DNA of 48,941 bases from Pyrinomonadaceae bacterium (GTDB lineage Bacteria > Acidobacteriota > Blastocatellia > Pyrinomonadales > Pyrinomonadaceae), in assembly GCA_051002255.1 (NCBI GenBank), contig JBPCMM010000229.1, forward strand, positions 1 to 48,941. The letters run 5' to 3'. Below the pieces are notes generated by a model, which saw nothing but the letters and a program-made list of their open reading frames with translations, was not told the origin of the DNA and ran no database searches. Position numbers and translations under genes: made by a program. Below are positions 44,825-48,941 of the stretch, in pieces. The stretch's first letter is position 1; each line of letters opens with the position of its first letter.

Positions 44825-45107
44825 AGCGCCGGAGGCGCGGCAGATGGTAGCCAGGGGCAAGCGCATTGGCGCGCAGCCCCTGGATCAAGTCCGACCACCA
44901 CAACCGCGCCCTGTGAAGGGGCGCAGCAAGCATAACCAAACATGGCTCTCGTCGTATTCAACCGCGCTACAGTTTCAACATCTCCAGATAGTCAGGTTTT
45001 GTGAGGTTCTTTACGCCCTTTTCAGGGCGGGTCCTGTTGTTGATGTAACCCAGGGGCGGCGCGCCAAGCGCTTGCCCCTGGCTACCTTCTGCCGCGCCTC
45101 CGGCGCT
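44825..45107. repeat. Family J MITE-like element: 58-59-nt terminal inverted repeats around a 166-bp core
   Basis: The left arm agcgccggaggcgcggcagatggtagccaggggcaagcgcattggcgcgcagcccctgg (44825-44883) is the reverse complement of 45050-45107, with 3-4 differences. Each arm also contains a sub-hairpin (ccaggggc...gcccctgg). Confidence 0.88.
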
Positions 45108-45230
45108 AGGTGGATCATGACACTACTCGCCATTTCATGTGATTGCCTGCCGCTCCGGTTTTAGCTTATATTGCTTGCTTCTCTGTTATTCAAAAACCGA
45201 CCGCGCCGAACGAAAGGCTAAAGCTGCAAT

Positions 45231-46688
45231 ATGCCTAAACGTGTTCCTTTCACTGTCGCACATGGCGACGGCATCGGTCCCGAGATCATGGCCGCCACGC
45301 TTCACATCCTGAAAGGTGCCGGGGCCGACCTGGATATTGAAACAATAGATATCGGCGAGAAGGTCTATCTCGCAGGCAACAGCTCAGGCATTGAGCCCAG
45401 CGCATGGGAATCGCTGCGCCGCACAAAGGTTTTTCTCAAAGCTCCGATCACTACTCCGCAGGGCGGCGGCTACAAGAGTTTGAACGTGACGGTGCGCAAG
45501 ACCCTCGGCCTCTATGCCAACGTTCGTCCCTGCGTCTCCTATCACCCGTTTGTCCAGACCAAGCACCCGCAGATGGATGTGGTTATAGTCCGTGAGAACG
45601 AAGAGGATCTCTATGCCGGCATCGAGCACCGCCAGACCGATCAGGTGGTCCAGTGTTTGAAACTGATCTCACGTCCCGGCTCGGAGAAGATCGTGCGCTA
45701 CGCTTTCGAATACGCGCGCAGAAATAATCGCAAGAAGGTCACCTGCTTCACTAAAGACAACATCATGAAGCTTACGGACGGCCTCTTTCACAGAGTGTTT
45801 ACGGAGATCGCCGCGGAGTATCCGGATCTTGAAAACGAACACTGGATCGTAGACATCGGTGCCGCCAAACTTGCCGATACACCTGAGGCTTTCGATGTGT
45901 TGGTAATGCCGAATCTTTATGGCGATGTGCTTTCGGACGTGGCGGCGCAAATTGCCGGCTCGGTCGGCCTCGCGGGTTCGGCGAATATTGGTGATCACGT
46001 GGCGATGTTTGAAGCGATTCATGGGTCTGCTCCGCGCCGAGCCGGGCAGAATCTGGCCAATCCGTCGGGCCTGTTGCTGGGCGCCGTGATGATGCTGGTC
46101 CACATCGGAGAGACCGGCGTGGCGGAGCGAGTGCACAATGCCTGGCTGCGAACGCTTGAAGATGGAATACACACCTACGACGTCTACAAAGACGGAGTGA
46201 GTCGGGAGAAAGTGGGCACGAAGGAGTTTGCCGACGCAGTTGTGCAGCGCGTTGGGCTGACGCCGCAAACGCTCAAGGCAGCGAATTACAAGCCGGTCGA
46301 AAGCGAAGGCGCTGAAAGGAAGCCAGCTTCCGCCGCCCACGTGCGGGCGAAGAAGGATTTGGTGGGTGTTGATGTTTTTCTCGACTGGTCAGCTGCTTCG
46401 GCAAACGATCTGGGCAGCTCGCTTAAAGGTCTTAACGGAAACGGTCTGAAGCTCGAGATGATGAGCAATCGCGGCTTGAAGGTGTGGCCGGGTGGTCACT
46501 CGGAGACTTTCTGCTCCGATCACTGGCGTTGTCGCTTCCTATCTGAAAACAATGCCGGCGCAGTCTCGCACCCGCAAATCATTTCCCTGCTTGAGCGCTT
46601 CGCACGTGCAGGCTACGACTTTATCAAGACCGAGAACCTTTATACCTTCGACGGCGAACGTGGCTATTCGCTGGATCAAGGGGCCTGA
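45231..46688 (+). CDS. icd: Isocitrate dehydrogenase (isocitrate/isopropylmalate dehydrogenase family, roughly 480-aa type with C-terminal extension)
   Basis: 485 aa with GDGIGPEI, SLNVTVRKTLGLYANVRP, NLYGDVLSD, GSVGLAGSANIG and FEAIHGSAP. The extra C-terminal domain of about 130 aa matches the long-form enzymes known from, for example, Rickettsia. Cofactor specificity cannot be determined from sequence alone. Confidence 0.9.
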   Translation: MPKRVPFTVAHGDGIGPEIMAATLHILKGAGADLDIETIDIGEKVYLAGNSSGIEPSAWESLRRTKVFLKAPITTPQGGGYKSLNVTVRKTLGLYANVRPCVSYHPFVQTKHPQMDVVIVRENEEDLYAGIEHRQTDQVVQCLKLISRPGSEKIVRYAFEYARRNNRKKVTCFTKDNIMKLTDGLFHRVFTEIAAEYPDLENEHWIVDIGAAKLADTPEAFDVLVMPNLYGDVLSDVAAQIAGSVGLAGSANIGDHVAMFEAIHGSAPRRAGQNLANPSGLLLGAVMMLVHIGETGVAERVHNAWLRTLEDGIHTYDVYKDGVSREKVGTKEFADAVVQRVGLTPQTLKAANYKPVESEGAERKPASAAHVRAKKDLVGVDVFLDWSAASANDLGSSLKGLNGNGLKLEMMSNRGLKVWPGGHSETFCSDHWRCRFLSENNAGAVSHPQIISLLERFARAGYDFIKTENLYTFDGERGYSLDQGA

Positions 46689-46800
46689 ATTTCGAATTTC
46701 GAATTGGGGAGTTTGCTTAACTTGAAACATCTAACGGTGGAAAGGCTGCGGCGATGGTAAAGAAGCGAAATCCGAAATCCGAAATCCGAAATCCGAAGTC
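46687..46800. repeat. Family I inverted repeat of heptanucleotide arrays spanning the icd stop and the purE start
   Basis: The left arm is gaatttc gaatttc gaatt (46687-46705). The right arm is cgaaatc four times plus cgaagtc (46766-46800), which is imperfectly complementary. ATG 46754 of purE lies between the arms, so the right arm is inside the purE ORF. Confidence 0.85.
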
Positions 46801-47275
46801 TCTCGTCGCAGTCATCATGGGCAGCAAGTCCGACTGGGAAACGATGCGTCATACAGACGGGATGCTGACGCGTTTCGGCGTCCCGCATGAGTGTCGGGTA
46901 ATATCCGCGCATCGGACCCCCGAGTTGGCCTCAGCTTTTGCCTCGAACGCCCAGGCTCGCGGCACCGAAGTAATCATCGCCGCAGCCGGCGGTGCAGCTC
47001 ACCTGGCGGGCGTCATTGCTGCGCACACAACCCTGCCCGTGCTTGGTGTGCCGATGAAGAGTGACGCATTGAGCGGTATGGATTCCCTACTCTCCACCGT
47101 TCAGATGCCGGCTGGCATTCCGGTCGGAACACTTGCGATTGGAAAACCCGGAGCCACCAATGCCGCGCTGTTCGCAGTGGCGATACTCGCTAATAGTCGG
47201 CCCGAACTAAGGGAAAAGCTGCGTCAGTTTCGTGAAGATCAGGAGAAGCAGGTTCGCGAAGCCGTCCTCGAATAG
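46754..47275 (+). CDS. purE: 5-(carboxyamino)imidazole ribonucleotide mutase
   Basis: VAVIMGSKSDWETM, SAHRTP and AGGAAHLAG are classic PurE motifs. ATG 46754 is the only in-frame start upstream of the conserved beta-1 strand, so codons 5-16 (RNPKSEIRNPKS) are encoded by the heptamer array. Confidence 0.9.
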   Translation: MVKKRNPKSEIRNPKSLVAVIMGSKSDWETMRHTDGMLTRFGVPHECRVISAHRTPELASAFASNAQARGTEVIIAAAGGAAHLAGVIAAHTTLPVLGVPMKSDALSGMDSLLSTVQMPAGIPVGTLAIGKPGATNAALFAVAILANSRPELREKLRQFREDQEKQVREAVLE

Positions 47276-47362
47276 CGGTTAATCACTCAACGGAGCGACC
47301 GGGTTTGAAAACTCACGTCGCAGATAAGTCAATACTGAAGGTGTTCGCGAATTGGAGCCCAG

Positions 47363-47508
47363 GGTTTCCTATCCTGCGTTTCACACGTTCATGAACCATA
47401 ATAACGCCAAGGAGTTGGCGAATAGGGCGGCAATCTCCTCGCGAACTTCTTCAGAGTTAAGCATATTATTGATGGGCCCTAATCCCAGGGTAAGGAAACC
47501 CTGGGCTG
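47363..47508. repeat. Family L: gcccagggtttcc inverted repeat plus a local hairpin
   Basis: gcccagggtttcc (47365-47377) is the reverse complement of ggaaaccctgggc (47494-47506). There is also a local hairpin, cccaggg-taaggaa-accctggg (47484-47505). Confidence 0.6.
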
Positions 47509-47597
47509 CAATTTGCGAACACCTCCGGTGTAAGGCCACCATCAGGACAGTCGTCATTGAACCTTCCGGGTAATCGACTGCGGTCCCGATTCCGCAT

Positions 47598-47882
47598 ATG
47601 AAAAAGCACATAATTGTTTATGGCCTCGTCTATGGCCTGTGCGGCGGGTTGCTGATCGTCGTGCTCAAACTCGTCGAATATCGTTTTCTGGTGGTGGAGC
47701 ATTCAGTGGAGATCTACGGTGGATTGACCGCGCTGGTGTTTGCAGTCTTAGGCATCTGGCTCGGTCTCAGAATCACCAGGAAGGAAGAAGTAGTCGTCGT
47801 AAAGGAAGTAGCGGTCCTAACTACGCAGCCATTCGCGCTGAACGAAGAGAGGTTGCGCGAGCTTTCTATTACCAGGCGTTAG
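47598..47882 (+). CDS. Three-helix membrane domain of a LuxR/GerE-type regulator, truncated before the HTH (probable pseudogene)
   Basis: The 94-aa ORF has hydrophobic helices (IIVYGLVYGLCGGLLIVVL and GGLTALVFAVLGIWLGL). It ends ...RLRELSITRR-TAG-LEILEA, exactly where an L-S/T-x-R-E-x-E-I/V-L LuxR HTH should begin. Out-of-frame remnants follow (KSREQVAGE). Confidence 0.6.
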   Translation: MKKHIIVYGLVYGLCGGLLIVVLKLVEYRFLVVEHSVEIYGGLTALVFAVLGIWLGLRITRKEEVVVVKEVAVLTTQPFALNEERLRELSITRR

Positions 47883-47960
47883 CTCGAGATACTCGAAGCC
47901 AAAGAGCCGCGAACAAGTGGCTGGTGAACCGCTGCCGAGCTCTTAGCCCGTTGAGAAAAA

Positions 47961-48701
47961 TCAGTTCTTCGTCACCATAGCGAATGCGCGTATCGGAAAG
48001 GTGCCGAAGCTTTTCACTTTTACCGGCACCGCAAAAAACCGGAAGCCGGTAATCGGGAGTTGGCGCAAACCGCACAAATGCTCAACGATGGGTATGCCCG
48101 CGGCCAGGAGAATTGAATGGGCGGGCCGGTGACCATCAGCCGTGTCGTCAATGTTGTAGGAGTCAATACCCACGAGCGCAGCTCCAGCGTTAGCCAGAAA
48201 CGCCGCCGCGTCCCCACTGAGAAAGGGATGCCTGCCGCTTGAATAATCTTCAGTTCTCCAGCACATGTCCCAGGCAGTGTAGAAGAGTACAGCTTTAGCT
48301 CTTACGTCCAGGTGTTCCAAAGCGGCTGCTGTGATCACCCGATCGTCTGGGCCGGATAGATTCTCCGCAGTCGTCTCTATGTTTGGGAACCTCGCGCGCT
48401 CAAGCTCACGTTCCGCGCGGCTAACATGCCGCACGATGATGCCTTCCAGATACGCGAGCGACTCCAACGGCAGATCTGCGAGATCTTTCCCTTCCTCATA
48501 GCGATGGAAGGGACTGTCGAGATATGTGCCTGTATTGGCCACCATTTCAATGTTGCCGATGTGAAACTCGGTTCCCGGTGCGTACAGCGCTCGAGATGCT
48601 TCGCGGGTCAGATGAGCGGAGATAACCGGCGCCGGCAGTCCTTTGTAGGTGATCATGCCGTGCTCGATGGTGTGGCTGAGGTCGATGAGTGTTGAAGACA
48701 T
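47961..48701 (-). CDS. Cyclase-family protein (kynurenine formamidase/arylformamidase-like)
   Basis: 246 aa. NTGTYLDSPFH corresponds to the HxGTHxDxPxH region of the cyclase family, with the first His residues substituted. The C-terminal part contains ...DDTADGHRPAHSILL. Confidence 0.75.
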   Translation of the reverse strand: MSSTLIDLSHTIEHGMITYKGLPAPVISAHLTREASRALYAPGTEFHIGNIEMVANTGTYLDSPFHRYEEGKDLADLPLESLAYLEGIIVRHVSRAERELERARFPNIETTAENLSGPDDRVITAAALEHLDVRAKAVLFYTAWDMCWRTEDYSSGRHPFLSGDAAAFLANAGAALVGIDSYNIDDTADGHRPAHSILLAAGIPIVEHLCGLRQLPITGFRFFAVPVKVKSFGTFPIRAFAMVTKN

Positions 48702-48710
48702 GGTGGATAC

Positions 48711-48731
48711 AGTGGGCAGTGGGCAGCGGGC
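48711..48731. repeat. Heptanucleotide tandem array (AGTGGGC-type, 3 units)
   Basis: agtgggc agtgggc agcgggc lies in the 42-nt spacer between the polyprenyl synthase stop and the cyclase start, both on the minus strand. Confidence 0.75.
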
Positions 48732-48743
48732 AGAAGAAATAAA

Positions 48744-48941
48744 TCAGGCTTTTCGCTTCAGAATAAAATCAGCAATCGCGCGCAGACGCTCGGTGGGTGT
48801 GTCGATCTGCTCCAGCACGGCGCACGCCTCCTGGTGAAGCAGATCCGCGCGCTGATGTGCAGCCTCGATTCCATAGAGCGATGGGTAGGTAGCTTTTTGC
48901 GCGCGTGCATCTTTCCCCGGGGTTTTGCCTAGAGCCTCCAC
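48744..48941 (-). CDS. Polyprenyl (farnesyl/geranylgeranyl) diphosphate synthase, C-terminal fragment; the gene continues beyond the window
   Basis: ...LGKTPGKDARAQKATYPSLYGIEAAHQRADLLHQEA...LRAIADFILKRKA* matches the G-K-x-x-G-K-D...K-x-T-Y-P C-terminal region of IspA/GGPPS enzymes. The frame is open to the window edge. Confidence 0.8.
   Translation of the reverse strand: MEALGKTPGKDARAQKATYPSLYGIEAAHQRADLLHQEACAVLEQIDTPTERLRAIADFILKRKA

Noticed and set aside
44960-45050. A possible remnant of a REP-associated tyrosine transposase (RAYT) C-terminus on the minus strand inside the family J element (GYINNRTRPEKGVKNLTKPDYLEMLKL*; compare YIHxNPVxxGLVxxPxDYxWSS)
   Set aside because: The stretch is only about 25 residues. 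The match is loose (YI.NN, G.V, DY), and no HUH or catalytic Tyr region is present. The upstream part of the frame is just the translated terminal repeat. It is too weak to call without an HMM search.
46689-46753. A ZTP/pfl or purine riboswitch upstream of purE
   Set aside because: The spacer is only 65 nt and consists of the heptamer array plus a short linker. None of the conserved ZTP (GGGUCGUGAC...CCGCCUGGGCA) or purine-riboswitch junction sequences are present.
47381-47611. A 76-aa minus-strand ORF (…DYPEGSMTTVLMVALH…INNMLNSEEVREEIAALFANSL…) in the purE/LuxR-like spacer, considered as a small gene or gene remnant
   Set aside because: It has no SD and no recognisable family. It spans the family L hairpin (AQGFLTLG is the translated stem), and its start overlaps the opposing gene's start region. 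It might be a decayed fragment, but I cannot support a call.
8505-48731. Whether any of the repeated hairpins form a CRISPR array
   Set aside because: No family shows three or more direct repeats with regular 25-50-nt unique spacers. The copies are inverted pairs or scattered singletons kilobases apart, and no cas genes are present.

Overview
The window is a 48.9-kb chromosomal segment at roughly 55% GC. It is dominated by housekeeping and cell-envelope genes. Recognisable genes are uvrC, tdk, the ileS-lspA-lgt block, icd, purE, a sigma-54 enhancer-binding protein, an Slt-type lytic transglycosylase, aminotransferases and several exported hydrolases or peptidases. The protein motifs and the repeat content suggest a soil lineage such as Acidobacteriota, but that is a tentative impression with no search behind it. 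I call 43 protein-coding loci, two of them partial at the window edges. I found no rRNA, tRNA, CRISPR array, integrase, transposase or prophage.

I could not find a convincing new multi-gene system such as defence, toxin-antitoxin or a retroelement. What the ordinary gene calls leave unexplained falls into four groups:
1. More than 20 intergenic spacers carry at least eleven sequence-distinct palindromic or tandem repeat families. These include two roughly 255-bp nested-palindrome (BIME-like) elements, each directly upstream of a PLP aminotransferase gene. They also include heptanucleotide tandem arrays that run into start codons; one lies inside the purE coding region.
2. Three genes are decayed. 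A DUF2231 gene is frameshifted in an A/T run. An RRM RNA-binding gene is cut off exactly at a repeat boundary. A membrane LuxR-type regulator has lost its HTH.
3. An exported protein has a mature N-terminus and cysteine spacing like the TIMP/NTR metalloproteinase-inhibitor fold. It sits immediately after uvrC.
4. A co-directional run of exported enzymes includes a Tat-signal PLP enzyme.

All functional calls come from motif recognition by eye. No database search was run.
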